A stretch of 64,000 bases of DNA from Kondoa subrosea (taxonomy: Eukaryota), in NCBI GenBank assembly GCA_039545335.1, contig BCIN01000001.1, positions 558,001-622,000 on the forward strand, in the 5' to 3' direction. How positions within the stretch are numbered: the first letter of the stretch is position 1; each line of letters opens with the position of its first letter. Both the position numbers and the translations under genes were made by a program. Under the pieces are notes generated by a model. The model was not told the origin of the DNA and searched no databases. It was given only the letters and a program-made list of their open reading frames with translations. Shown one piece after another: positions 12,454 through 25,597 of the stretch.

Positions 12454-13873
12454 TTAACTTTCTGCTTCTTTGCGGCTTTCTTTTCTCTTTGTTCTCTTCG
12501 ACCATAGCAGCGATCCCTGTGCCCTTCCTTCCATGCCGCTATTTGACACGCCGGAGAGCGATATTGAGCGATAGAACATCTAAAAAACCGGAGAAGTATC
12601 GATCAGCGTTGTTTTCATTATCTGCATAAGGGTATGGCTTACCCTGAGCAAAGCTTGAAGATCTTGGATTCGGTAGCAGGGTCTATCACGTTCTCTTCAT
12701 CATACTTCCCGCATTGGATGCAAACGAAACAATTTTGTAATTGGCTAGGTTCTGATATTACATTTTGTGGTAGGGCCGCGCAACGATCCTTGGTTTTTGT
12801 AAGAGTTGCAGCTTGGTGTATAGACAATACGAAAGATTCTTCACACTTCAAAGGTGGTTCCATCGCCAGAAGAACACAAAGAAGGGTCATTTCTCCCACA
12901 AGGCTTGCCCAGCATTCATTGTCTCCACAAGTTCCGGTCCAAGAAACGGTTTGATAGAGAGTCTCACGCCAAGTCTCGGCTTCCTCCACTATGAGTTCTG
13001 CTAGGATTAGATCGCAGGCGGTATGCTTTTTCGCTAAAGCGGTAACCAAGCTTTGACATAGAAGTCTAAGACTTTGTATGGTTTGTATGAAGTCGAAATC
13101 CGGGTCCGCTCTTGATTGGAAACTTTGCGTACAGAGTTTGACGTATAGAAATAAAAACGATTTGAGAATCGGTGCGGCATCCTGATCGGTGAGATTCTTG
13201 AGACAATTGGTTGCTTTCAAGACAACCATGCAGTAGAAAGTAGCAAAGCCTAGATGATTCCCGTCAAGCGAATATCCGCTTTCGAGAGTTTGGCGGGAAC
13301 TGGTGACCAGAATATCAAAACCTTCTGAAAAAGACCTGCGATCCACAAGTGCCGCAAGAGCTCGCTTAGCCAACACTTCGGCCGGAAAGAGCTCGTCCGC
13401 CAGTCTATATGTTACAAGCATTGCTTGACCGTACTTTGTTTCTTGAATCAGCTGCGATTGCTCTTGCATTAGTGAAGGGACTGCAGCCATAGCGATGAGT
13501 GGTAGCTGAGACATGACCATGCTTTTTCGCAACCCCTGCAGACCACTCTAAAGACCGGCGCCAAAGATTGGACCAAGGGCTGAAGGTCCAGGGCTGTGTG
13601 CGTTCAGGGATGAGCCAGCCTCTTCAAACGACCGAGTAATGCTTCGGACACAGAGTTCGCAGTCCAGCTTTGATCCAGCCTTTGTCATGGAACAAGAGGC
13701 CGAAATTCCAGCCAAGTGTCGTCTGGTATCAATGATCTCCCCTGCTGTTGTAGACTCTCTCTCAAGGTATCCTCAACACAAATGTACGTAGCGACGTCGT
13801 CTTCCACACCTTCCCAATCACAGCGTAGTTCCTCGACTCGGCCTTCCTTCAATGTTCGACTCCTCAGCGACAT
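12454..13873 (-). pseudogene. Degenerate MYND-type zinc-finger gene
   Basis: C-terminus CIQC...KLCSG|CSIAQYRSPACQIAAWKEGHRDRC is MYND-like with one ligand Cys replaced by Arg. The N-terminal frame has in-frame TGA at 13685-13687 and 13604-13606 and needs a frame change near 13530-13550. Confidence 0.6.
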
Positions 13874-14219
13874 CCTGTGGGACCCTCCGGTTCAATCTTA
13901 TTGTCCTTGCTACATCCAGTGCGGGCCAGAGTTTCTTCTCTTATCACTGGCTTGTTTCTTCTCCGTGCCGCTGCCCGCCGAACAACAACCGCGTCCACTA
14001 CTCGTTCAATCGTATTTGCTGATCCATTCGCTGGATCTTGACGCTGGCCATTTGCTCGACTACATCCATCTCAAATCGGAGCGAAATCAGCACAGCGGAG
14101 ATTTGGATCAGACGCGTCATTTCAAGGTACTATTATAGTACATAGGAACAATCAAGCTTAGCAAGCCGAGTAGAGGTTGGAGAACTGGATTCAGCGCTCT
14201 TTCTTCGCTTCCGACCATT

Positions 14220-15750
14220 ATGTATTCTACTTTTGTGCTTTCGAGCCTTCTCGTCACCAGCAGCGTAGTTGCGCAATTTCTCCAGACAGATTGGGATGTC
14301 GAGGGATCTATACTTCGGACAGACCCAGGAGTTTATGGCTCTGTAGAAGAGTACCACTACTTCTACGATCAATGGCCGTAAGTTCAGAATGTATAATTAC
14401 GTAATCTCATCCATGCCAATAGAATAGGATTGTCTGTTTTGGCTAACGGTCGAATCTTCGTATGCTATACTCGCGGGGACTATGCGTATACCTTGGGCGA
14501 AGTCACCAATAAAACCACTGAAGCAGCTTACCCGAATGAAGAACTCAACACTCCGCCTGGCGGTCTTGCAACAAGCATCAATGGCTATCTATTTGGCAGT
14601 AACTCTACTACTCATTTTATCAATGTGCAAGCGTCAGTCTTCGCAAATCATGGATTTATTCCAGCCTGATGCTGTTACTGAAAGTCTATACACCGATCCT
14701 TTGGGCCAGCTATATGTTTTGGACACAGGAAGACCTCGAATTGGTACCACGTTAGCATATGCTAGTCCAGGCGGTCCAAAATTGGTTCGAATGAATACAG
14801 ATAACAATACAATTGAGAAAGCATATGTAAGATCTTCTGGAAAGGCTGAACAACCGCTTTGCTGACCTGTCCATATTGATATCTGTAGACCTTCCCTGTC
14901 GATGTCCATTACCCCGACTCATACATGAACGATGTTCGCTTCGATCTTTCCAAAGGCGAAGGTGGTATTGCATATATTGTGGACAGCAGCGATGAAGGCA
15001 GAAGTACGTTGTGGTTTCCCTGGTATCTTCTCTCAGAATATCGCTGATCAAGCTCGAGGGAATAGATGGCTTTATCATTCTTGATTTAGGCACAGGCGAA
15101 TCATGGAGGCGTCTCAACGAAGCTCCATCAGTGTTGCGTATCTACAATTCCGTTCCCAGCTATGTCGGCAAACCTTTCTACGAGATCCAGAAGAATCAAG
15201 CCTACATCCACAACAAAGAGGGACTCGATGGTATTGCGCTCAGTGCAGATGGCAACTACATATACTACGCACCCCTTACCAGCAATTACCTGTATCGCGT
15301 ACCAACCGATGTATTGCTGGTCAAGTCTGGAGTCAATGCCGAACAACTGGCCAGCAATGCTGTGCAGAATTTGGGTCAGAAAGGTTCTCAAACGAATGGC
15401 TTCGAGACTGATTCCAATGGACTGTGAGTCTTTCTCATCTCTGCATAGATCATTGGAACAAATCTGACGAATGAGTTGATTTCAGTATTTACATGTCAGC
15501 ACCAGAACAAAACGCTGTCTTCATTTACGATCATGCCACTGGTCGATCTTTACCTTTTATTCGAGATCCGCGCATCCTTTGGGCAGACTCGCTGGCAATA
15601 GGTTTCGACGGATACATTTACATGACAATCAACCAGCTTTACTTCCAGCCGCTGTGGAATAACGGCACGGATTTGAGGCAGAAACCTGGAGCTATCTTAC
15701 GTGCTAAGTTACCGAATGGGGGAAGCAAGGCAGTCGCGGGTCTGAGATAA
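14220..15750 (+). CDS. Secreted major royal jelly protein/yellow family beta-propeller
   Basis: Signal peptide MYSTFVLSSLLVTSSVVA; motifs DQWPIGLSV..NGRIF, LYVLDTGRP, GGPKLV, MNDVRFD, AYIVDSS, DGIALSADG..IYY.PLTS, DPRILWAD, INQL. Confidence 0.88.
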
Positions 15751-16567
15751 GTGCATGCCACTAGTAGCACATCTGCAACATAGACTATGTATAGTACTTA
15801 GAATACAGCAGCAGCTGCCATTGACTGCTCTTACGCGTCAGAGATCGCTTGACCAGTTGCGAACTGTCTGCTTCGCGGAGCTGCACATTGCCATGCAGCA
15901 GATTCAAGTAGCCTGCAATCGATTAATCGCGCTCTTTCTTCCACTCCAATATTTCTTTCATCAGGCTATCCCTCAGAATGCTGCCTTTTACAAAGCGTAA
16001 CGCTCATTCTTGTGCATGCAAATTAGACGCAAGACTGCAAGAACTGAATCCGGGAATTAAGAAATTATGGATGATCGAGTTTGGACCGTTGATGCTGCTA
16101 TCCTTGCTTTCGTCTCACTGATGACTGGCACGCCTTCATCTTACTGGCCTAGTGCAGGCCAAGAGCTTGGTACAAGATATACAATTACCAAACGAACTGA
16201 ATTCTTGTTGTCTTTGACTTTCTGACGGTGTTAGGCTGACTGGAGCCAAGCCTACGCTAGCGGCGTCGCCTCTTCTCCTTCTCTCTTTCGCTCCCTTTTA
16301 TCACCACTAATCAGATATTATCGCTACCAAGAATCGAAGTCGACTTCCATTTGCTTCACATTCGCCGCAGTGACCCTCCTTGCTGGCTTGGCTCTTTCTT
16401 CTGGACCAACCATCAACGCAGGCCGTTCTATCTCTTCTCTAGGTACAAGCAATTGCTTCAACTCGTACAGATTACTACTATATTGACGCGCTGTAGAGCA
16501 GTGCAAACAAGCTACCTCTTGTTATTGAAAACCTCCCTTTTTTACCAACTAACTACACTCTACACAA

Positions 16568-17968
16568 ATGAAGATCTTTACTTTCTTATTACTCCTGGCT
16601 GGTCCAGTCTACGTTTTAGGCGCCTCAATGAAATTCGCTGCCATTGTAAGTCAGAAAGGAAACTTGGACCCATCCCGAAAGCTTGGAGCTGATTTCTCCA
16701 CACTATGATAGGCTAGGACACTCATCAAGTCAAGTAAAGCACCTGCACCTGGAACGAATGTATGTCGAAGCTGTTTGCTTGCCCTTTTGTTATCCTTGCT
16801 GATTAGCCTCGTGTAGTATGTTTTCGTAAGTCATGAAACCGTAGCATAAAGCATCAAGATTCTGATCTGACAATAATAGCAAAACTACGCAAGCAAGAAG
16901 AACATTGCATACAACCGCAAGATGTTGTCAGTCCTTTTGTCATTGCGTGCACCTACGAGCATGGTGTTGATTAGGATCTGACAGCCAATCTATCTATTTG
17001 AGCAAGGGCAAGTATTCCAAGATGACTCTATCAAGACATGGAAACTTCATGAAGGTTTCTCCCACTGATAGCAACGACAAGTGAGCGGTGCTCTTTCAAT
17101 TTTGCAAATCTGGCATTTATGATACGAGCCTTCTCACAGATGCATTTCAGCTCAATGGGGTTTCCCTGAACTTGTCGGTAAAGCGCTCGGAGGCAAAGGT
17201 CAGTCTCTTCGGTTGCCGTCTGCTGGGTCGCAGCTTCTGAACCACTGGGGTTCGGGTGACAGATTGGGCTATGGTTCTCTATGCTTGCTCCAAGAACAAC
17301 AAACACACTGTTGGCAAACGAGATCTGGCCATCACTCCTGCTGAGGAAGTCAATGCTTTGGAAAAGAGGAAGTTCAAATATCCTCCCATGGGACCTGTTC
17401 GTCCCGATAAGCAGTCAGTTGTAACCTAGTAGAGAAAGCGACTTCAGCTTACTGTGCTTTCACGGTTGACAGATTGATCGTTGTCAGAAAGGGCAAAGTT
17501 AGGAACACTTTCCATTTGCTCACTTCAGATCATATGTGAGTGAAAAAAGCAACTACTGCAATGATATCTCATCGCTTATTTTACTCTTGCACACTTACAG
17601 TTACGATCAACGAACAATGGCTATGTCAAACTGTGTGATTCGTCAAACTCAGGAAAGGAGATCTCGTGGTATTTGCCTCAAGTACTTCAACACTGTGCGT
17701 ACATATCCATCATCAGCTGTGCGTTTAGCTTATGACAATAAATGATGACGCACAGTCTGACAAGAACCAGCTCTGGAGCATCAAGCGAGCAAGAAAGAGC
17801 AAGAAGCGCGGAATGGAAGATGTCGACATTCTTGAAGATGTAACGCACGAAGAAATCTTTGGTCCTGATTCCGATGAAGCTCAACTCGACAAACGTGATC
17901 TTTTCGAAGGTCTTGATACTTCAGATCTACCAATCGATACTAGTGAATTCGATGCGTATGAAGATTAG
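16568..17968 (+). CDS. Secreted ricin-B (beta-trefoil)-like protein with Kex2 sites, 10 exons
   Basis: Signal MKIFTFLLLLAGPVYVLG; spliced motifs KCISAQWG, DWAMVLYAC, DKNQLWSI (QxW); several KR pairs; acidic tail. Confidence 0.7.
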
Positions 17969-18362
17969 AAGAAGGTTCGGTCTTCAAACTTAGGGAAGGA
18001 GTGTCGTGTGCGCTGCTTTGGCTATACTCGAGAAGCTCTGGTAGTTTTTCTTTGGGTATCTTAGTCAGCAGTCATGTTTTCCAATTTTACTTCATTCCAA
18101 GTGCATATATCAAAATCCGTGTAGTCAGTCAGTAGAATACACCAATCGTTCTCTTTTACCCTGAATGTACTATTCGCATGTATGAATTCTCGACATTTTG
18201 AATTCAAAAGATGCCATGTTTGATCCTGCTCGACCGTCTTCATCTGCAAGGTTGATACACTATACGTGATTCAACGCACGTGACATATCCTGCTGCGCTT
18301 GATATCCCTCTTCCCTTACAAGTCGGCACACCTCGTATATTGCTTTGTTTTCTTTTTGCGAA

Positions 18363-19602
18363 ATGAGTGCATCTAATGCTCGGAAACCATCTGCTGTGCG
18401 TGCACTGTCTACTTTGTCTATACTCATGTCACCTGATTCATATATGTAGAAGCGGAAACGGGAAGCAGAGAAGCCAATTCAAGCAGAAGACGGTAAGCAA
18501 TCAGGTCAGTCATATGTATCGTCCGTCTCATCTCGGCGCTCTAGAAGAAGATGGAGATACTACTTTGACTATGGAAACAGCAATGGAAGAGATCGCTCGC
18601 GTTTGTGTCCTGCTATATTGACGTTTCCTCGCTTATGGCTTGCATGGTGGATAATGCAGCTACGGACGGAGAAAAATGAATGGAAACTTGCTTACGAAAC
18701 TCTCAACGCTTTGAGACAAACGGAAGCGGAAAAGAACTACACCAACCTTTTAGCTTTGACAGAGAAACGCAAGATTGCTTCTGATGCGCGAACAAAGGAA
18801 TTGATTATTGAGATTGAACGTTTGAGGAAACATACTGCTTTATGGAGGAATGGAATCAGTGTTCTGGATGAAGTCAAGAAACAGGAAGGAGAGTGCGAGA
18901 GGTTGAAAGATGAAGTGAAAGGGTTGAAGAAGGAGGTTGTGCTGAGAGATGAGCTGGTCAAGGCTTCGAAAGAGAAACAGGATAGGGCAGAACAGGAAGG
19001 TGAGAGCGACAATACTGCCCAAGTCAAGCGAATCAAGGCTCACGAGGTATTCAAGTCGCTCAACTGGACAAGGCTTTAGCGTATGAATCAGAACAATCCA
19101 AACAAGCAACAGCACGATTGAAGGAACTGCAGTCGAATCCCATCTCACGAGTAACAAGCAATACTAAGAAGGATCAACAGAACAATAGCAATTCGGAAGA
19201 GATGTACAAGCTCGTCAGCGATTTGACAGGTATAAGCGTAACCAGAATTAAGCCGACGGAAGATGGAGAACAATTTGAGTGTCTTTTGGTTGATTCCAGC
19301 AGGAAGCGAAGGACGAGTGAGTTTGTGATGCTTGACGAATACAGAAGGCTTCTGAAAGCGAAGATAACAGTTTCAATGGTGTTCTCTCTAACTTTGCATC
19401 CTAATGGTGAAGTAACCTACTCGCCGAATCTCGATGCCGACCGTGACAAAGAGCTTTTGGAGATTCTCATGGAACCATACGACGAGCAAATCCGCTTTAA
19501 GTATGCTCAGGTGAGTCTACCGCCTTCTTTACTAGAAGCAGCTGACTCGCGGTACAGTTACAAGCATTCTATCGAAAATTATGGAAATTGCTGTTGACAT
19601 GA
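18363..19602 (+). CDS. CSM1: Monopolin subunit Csm1/Pcs1
   Basis: Coiled coil with LRQTEAEK, then RWD-like C-domain MYKLVSDLTGISVT...FECLL...MVFSLTL...VTYSPNLD...IRF...LQAFYRKL. Confidence 0.75.
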
Positions 19603-19707
19603 CGGTGATCGCGCTGAAAAATGAAATACAGTAGCCATGCAATGTACAAAAAGACAATATATTTGACATCAACTCTTGTAAACCCAGATACCATGCATAT
19701 GTACGAT

Positions 19708-22700
19708 CTATTCGTGTGATGAATCGAGAGTGGAGACGGTGTCTTGCAAATCGTCAATTAGAGATTTCAGCCTGATGTTGCCCTTCACCTGCATATCGCT
19801 GTAAGCTAAGAGACTTTAGGATTGTATTGGTCACTTACCATCCATTTGTCTATGTAACCCTCGTGCAGTGCAGTTTCCTTCGTCAGCGAGTCCGAGCTTC
19901 CTAATCCAGTCAGCGCAATGACTGTTTGGAACCATGTCAGTTGGTTACATTCAACACAGTCGTAAGTATAGACTTACTGCGAGAATGCGGCCACTTATTC
20001 GCCCGCTCCACTTCACGAGCTTCTTTCGCAAATTCGCAGCCGTCTTTCTTTGGCATACTATAAGCCAAGCTGTCAATCTCAGTGCATCAGGACCGTACTG
20101 CAGACCTACGATACATCTGTCCAAGCTGCGCATCATGTTTAGCGATTTCTGAGAAGCAGTTTCCTAGAAAAGTACATACTCGCATCTGGCTGAAAAGTCT
20201 TGAACTTCTCGAGTGCTTCTTCTCCGTCACACGCTTCGAGAAAGTCGATGGGCTCTCTTTTGACCATAGTGACTAGTATTTTGCGACCAATCGGATTATC
20301 GTCCACAATCAAGACTTTCAGGCGCCTCTTGCCTGACTCTACCATTTCGTGATAAGAGGACATCCTTTTCGCCTGTGGCAATTTTGGTGTGACCAGCCCG
20401 TTTGAATCTTTGTCGAACGCTGTGAGCATAACCTGCTAGCCAAAACGGATACTCACCTTTCACGATCGTACGTTTCATCGCAAATTTTGTGGCATCGGAA
20501 GCGATCTTTGTTTGATCTAGCGCTTTGGTGATTTTCATCGGCAATATTAGACTGAAAGTGCTGCCTTGCCCTACTACGGACTGCACGTTGATTCTATCGC
20601 CTTTCATGCGCTGGACGATATTTTGCGCGATGAACATTCCCAGACCCTTTTCAGAGAGAGGAAATCAGTAGATGATCACTAGAAGCGAAATATATTGGCA
20701 TACTGCACCACTTGAGAAATTGCTCTTCTGCACGAATGGCTCAAATAACACGTCAATGAAATCTTGCTCGATACCCATCCCAGTATCAGTAACCGACTGC
20801 AATATATTCTGTCAGGAAGGACTTTGGAGAAAGAATGAAGCTAACGATATGCATGTCCGTTAGATCCTCCGAACGAGGCATCTGCTTTACCGCTACGGTG
20901 ATTGATCCCGTAGGTGTGTATTTCAGCGCACTGTTTCGTTGTGTATTAGTAATGCCTAGGGAAATTAGCGATGCGACTACTTCGTAATAAGATTAACCAG
21001 CACTCTGAACCCATGATCAGTTCCGGACCGAGTAACAGCGGACAAGCACTAACCTCCTTAGCGAAGCAGGATGTGTCTTGACAAACCACTGACTCGGATC
21101 GCGATCTTCGACGTCGACATACACGTCCAAGCCATCCTTTTTCTGATCGCCAGGAACCTCGAAATCGGCATCAATTTTCACTATTAAAGTCCTTCAGACA
21201 CGGACAAAGCTAAGGGTATATATATACTTACTGTCGCGCATACAACACATGCGCGTTGTTTGCAAAACGAGTTCCTGCAAATCCACTTCGGCCATTTCGC
21301 CTAACGCTTCATTCTCTGGCGCAGAAGTTGACTGCATAATCTTTGAAGACTCAAGCACGTTCTATTGGTTCACGTCAGTGCTTGTTCTTCCCACGCACTA
21401 TCAATCTCGAACCTCTAAGATATCGCGTAAAGCATGCCCACAATACTCTGCAGTGTTGAGCAGACTTTCAGCTGTTTCCAAATCATTCCTTTTCACCACA
21501 TCTCTCAATAATTCAACGTGAGCTAAAACACTATGGAGAGGACTGTGGAAAGGAAACAGCGCTCAGCAAGACAATAAGAGTTTGAGAGCTTATTCCGACT
21601 GACGTTCTTAGTTCGTGAGACACTTGCGACACGAAGCTAGTTTTTGCTGCATCCGCTTTCTCCAATTTGACACGAACTTGACAAGCTAAAAGAATGCAAC
21701 CAATATTCGACAAGAAATTGGCATCTGTCTGCGTATAGACAAAAGAGGTTGAAGTTGTGCCGGCAAGAATGAGCAGATGAGGTCTTCCAGAAGTGAAGAA
21801 AGGGTAAGCTAGGTGAGCAGTAGTGTGAGGCGAAAAAACATCTTCAAAGCCCGAACGAATGCCTTGAGCTAGATTGAAGCGAGTATTTTGATTCTAAAGC
21901 AGGTTGAGCCAAAAGAGAAAGTACAAGCACAAAAGTACAACATACCGAAGCATATAAAGTTAAGAAGTTCTGAATTCGCTCCACCCCACTTCTTGCTAAT
22001 TCGTCAGCTTCAATCTTCATTCGATCCGAAGTATGATGGGAAATGATACTGATGCGACTTTGTTTGGCTGAGGTAGAAGAATGACTAGATTTCGCTGCAG
22101 GCGTGTCCCATAAGACGACTTCAGATATATCAAGTATGACAGCAGATTCGGCGTCGAGCAAATGTGTGGTCAAGTCTAGACCTTGCTTTGCAAAGTCTTT
22201 CTCTTTCCGTAGCGTGTTTGCTCCTCCAGTACTTCCAGACACATTTATAGTTCCAGTTGCAGAAGGTTTAGGGGATGACGAGGTAGATGCAGGTACTCTT
22301 GTGATAGAAGGTAGGACGAGGGTATCGGTCAGGAAATGCGAAATAGCTTCTCGCATGCCAGCTTCTCGATCTCTCCTAAATTGATCAAAATTGCCTTGAA
22401 CCTCTCGACTGCACATTGCGGCTACCTCTTGTAGTAGCTTGATCTGATATTGATTGAGAGGCGGCATGGTGGTATCGTCGACCACGGCCAAAACGCCTAT
22501 AACTACAGCTTCCTTTGTGCGAGAAGCTGCCGAGCTCTCTGCAGCTGCATTTGCGTCTCTACTTAGGAAAATCGGTTGACCGACATCTGTATGACTACAT
22601 AAGGAAAAGCCGTCAACGATACGAGGATTGGCACATACAGCTCTTGATCCAGCTATCTTTGAGCCATGGATTACCAGCGAAGCGCCAATCTCTTTGCACC

Positions 22701-23373
22701 TGTATTGATGAACAATATCAGTGCCGGAAGATATGTGCTTTGAAGCGAGACAAACATCGCGGATCTCCATTCTCTTCTGATCATTGGATAGCATAGCATG
22801 AGAACAGATAGCACATTCGTTGATGACGTCCAGACTTTTCATTTCCTCTGCTCTTCGACCACAAGCAGACGGTATTATTTGCCTGCCGTCTTTGAAGAGG
22901 GAAACGAAAGCGCAACGGCCCTCAAAGATGGAAGAAAGTAAGCTGGTGCATAAATCGAAAGCCGATTTCTGGATTTCACTATCGAGACGATATTGCTGCA
23001 AGAGTCGAAGCTGCTCTTTCTCCATCTTGCTAGGAGGCGCGGGTAGGAATCCATGCTCTTTGTAAAAAGCTCGCAATGATTCGGCGGTCTTCTTTGGATC
23101 CTTGTACCATTCTCCACTGTACATTTGGCTTTCAGCATAAAGGATCAGGCAGCAAGCATTTCATCCTCACGAAAAGGGGCTAGACTCAATAAGTCGGGCT
23201 TCCACATCTCGTTGAGCTTGATTCTCGGTCGGAAACTGGAATTGCGCTTGCTCAGGCTGTGTAACCTCACGACCCTCTTTGTAGTCTTCGAGAAACGCTT
23301 GCCAATCCTTGACCCCTTGATCTTCTCTCTCCTGCTCGGATTTGCTCTTCCCGGTGACGTCGCTGAATCCCAT
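19708..23373 (-). CDS. Hybrid sensor histidine kinase (GAF - HisKA - HATPase - receiver)
   Basis: H-box FVSQVSHELRTPLH, N-box NLITNALKYT, G1 VTDTGMGI, F-box LFEPFVQ, G2 GAGLG, receiver LIVDDNPIGRKIL...TWTDVSMP...IALTG; GAF-like AICSHAML. Confidence 0.92.
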
Positions 23374-24373
23374 TGATCAATGAAAGCACAACCGTCAATT
23401 CCCACACAGGGAGCAAAGGTGAAAGAGGGCTCCAAGGGATGCTGTGATGGGTTCTGGTTCGCTGTTTACCGAGAAAAGGCAAACTATAAGGCTCAAGGTG
23501 TATAAATTCCGCTCGCTAGTCTGTCGATGATCAGGCACTGGACAGGCCTGGAAGTAATGCGGCTAAAGTTACAAGTTTCACTACAGCTATACACTGCATG
23601 CCGCCGCTATCTCATTGCTGAAATGTAGCCATGCCTATAGCAATTAACGCGGCTGAGCATAGTAAGCAAACCACGCGTCGACATCCGACGCTTGATTACC
23701 GTTGGGGCAGAGTCATGTACAATAGACTTATGTTTGTCATCTGTGCAATGACAATGAGCCTGACGTGTTTCAAAGAGCGAATTGCTTACAAAGAAGAGTA
23801 GTACATCTTCCCGAATCGGTGCTTCTACAAAAATGGCGGAGGTGAGCGACAGACCGCAAGTAGTAAGCGCCAGGTGACGGGCGCAGATGCAATGCGAGAC
23901 GCAGCGTGAGAAAACTGGAATCCAGCGTTGACCTAGGTGGACTGGAACCAGAACGAGACGGAACGAAAGACATGCGATTTGGAGCGCAAGCGGGGCTATG
24001 CGGAATCGCAGCACATCTCACAGCAGGATCACGTAGCGGACGAGAAGAGAAACAGGGGACAGGATAAAAGTCGAAATCAGTTCGGTCCCTACATTCAAAC
24101 AACAGGCTATCGGCCAGCCTTGACAGAGCATTGTATAGACGAGATGATTACAGCGCAGAGCAGCACAATAGCCATCAAGACTTGGAAGCTTGGTTCAGCT
24201 CCAAGCCTGGAATTACTCCTCTGTCTAATACAAGCACCTCTGCCACCTGCCAGATATCCAGGATTCATTCCAGCGCCTAGTCAGCTATACCTGAGACTAC
24301 GATATCAAGGCTATCGCTGCCCCCCAGCCGCCCATTAAGATTTCCCTGATTTTTGGCATTTCGAGTGCTCGAG

Positions 24374-25532
24374 ATGTCAGCGAGGCGCATCATAGCCAGT
24401 ACCAGCAGAGCGCTATCTACAGAAGTCTCATCAAGTAACTCTGCACCTCTTCTGCCTTCACAATCACTTGGATCTCGCTCAAATCCAAGTTTGTTCTTAT
24501 TTCATGCTGTATGGGCAGACACTCATGCTCAATCGTCTGTCACTCACAGAACCTCTCTCAAAAGTTTTGGAAAACGTTCATGTCCCTCTTCTGAACCTAC
24601 GCACTTCTTCTACCCCATCAAATCTTTTCGTTCCATTACCCGCATCAATCTTTGACCACACCTGTCATCCATCCCTCACTCATTTATTAGTCCGTCAACA
24701 TCTCGCTTCTTTACGTCAAGGTACACATGCCAATAAATCAAGATGGGATGTGAATTATTCCAATAAGAAGATTCAAAGACAAAAAGGAACTGGTCGAGCT
24801 AGAGTTGGGGATAAAGGTTCACCTATTAGAAAAGGAGGTGGAAGAGCTTTTGCTAAAAGTCCAAGAGATTATTCTTTTCATGTACCGAGGAAAATGGTGG
24901 ATAAAGGATTGAAAGCTGCTTTGAGTACGAGATGGAGGAACGATGAGTTAAGAGTTGTGGAGAATGTGGGTATTGATTGGGTTCAAGGAGAAGAAGGAAA
25001 AACTTCGGTCATGAAAAACATGTTGGATCAAAGAGGTTGGCTGGAAGAAAAGTCGGCCATCTTGTTCTTATTGGGTCAAGAAACGCTCAATAGCAAAGAT
25101 GGATCGTATTTGGAACGAGGTGTCAGGAATTTACAGAACGCTGAAGTGATGGATACGATGACAGGTCTGAATGTCTATCATTTGCTTAAACCTGCAAGAA
25201 TTGTGATGGACCTACAAGCGGTTGGAGAAATTTGCGAACGATTCTTACCCGAGGAAGAACAAGAAGCTAGAGCTATGATCAATGAAGAAGAATATCTAGA
25301 AGATTTGGAAGCGCTGGAAGCCCAATCGCAAGCTGAAGATCTGACCGAAGAAATCGAAGCCAGTGATATCACTGCTGCTCAAGATCAGTACGATGCTCAA
25401 ATGACTGATGCAGAATATGATCTGCTCTCTGACGAAGAGAAGGAAGCGTTCGATGGTCGCCGGATGGAGAGGGAATTGGCAATGATGCGAGAAGCGCCTG
25501 TTGTCGAGCAAGTATCAACGAAGAGTACATGA
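24374..25532 (+). CDS. YML6: Mitochondrial ribosomal protein uL4m
   Basis: RQGTHANKSRWDV...QKGTGRARVGDKGSPIRKGGGRAF; Arg/Ser-rich presequence; one intron. Confidence 0.92.
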
Positions 25533-25597
25533 TTGGAAGGTGCAATACTCTGCGTGTAGAAAGTCCCACAATATTGCATTCACATTTCGAAATAAAT

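Noticed and set aside
23400..24350. Overlapping 110-135 aa ORFs between the histidine kinase and uL4m
   Set aside because: No motifs or coherent splicing; fits a divergent promoter/long 5' UTR
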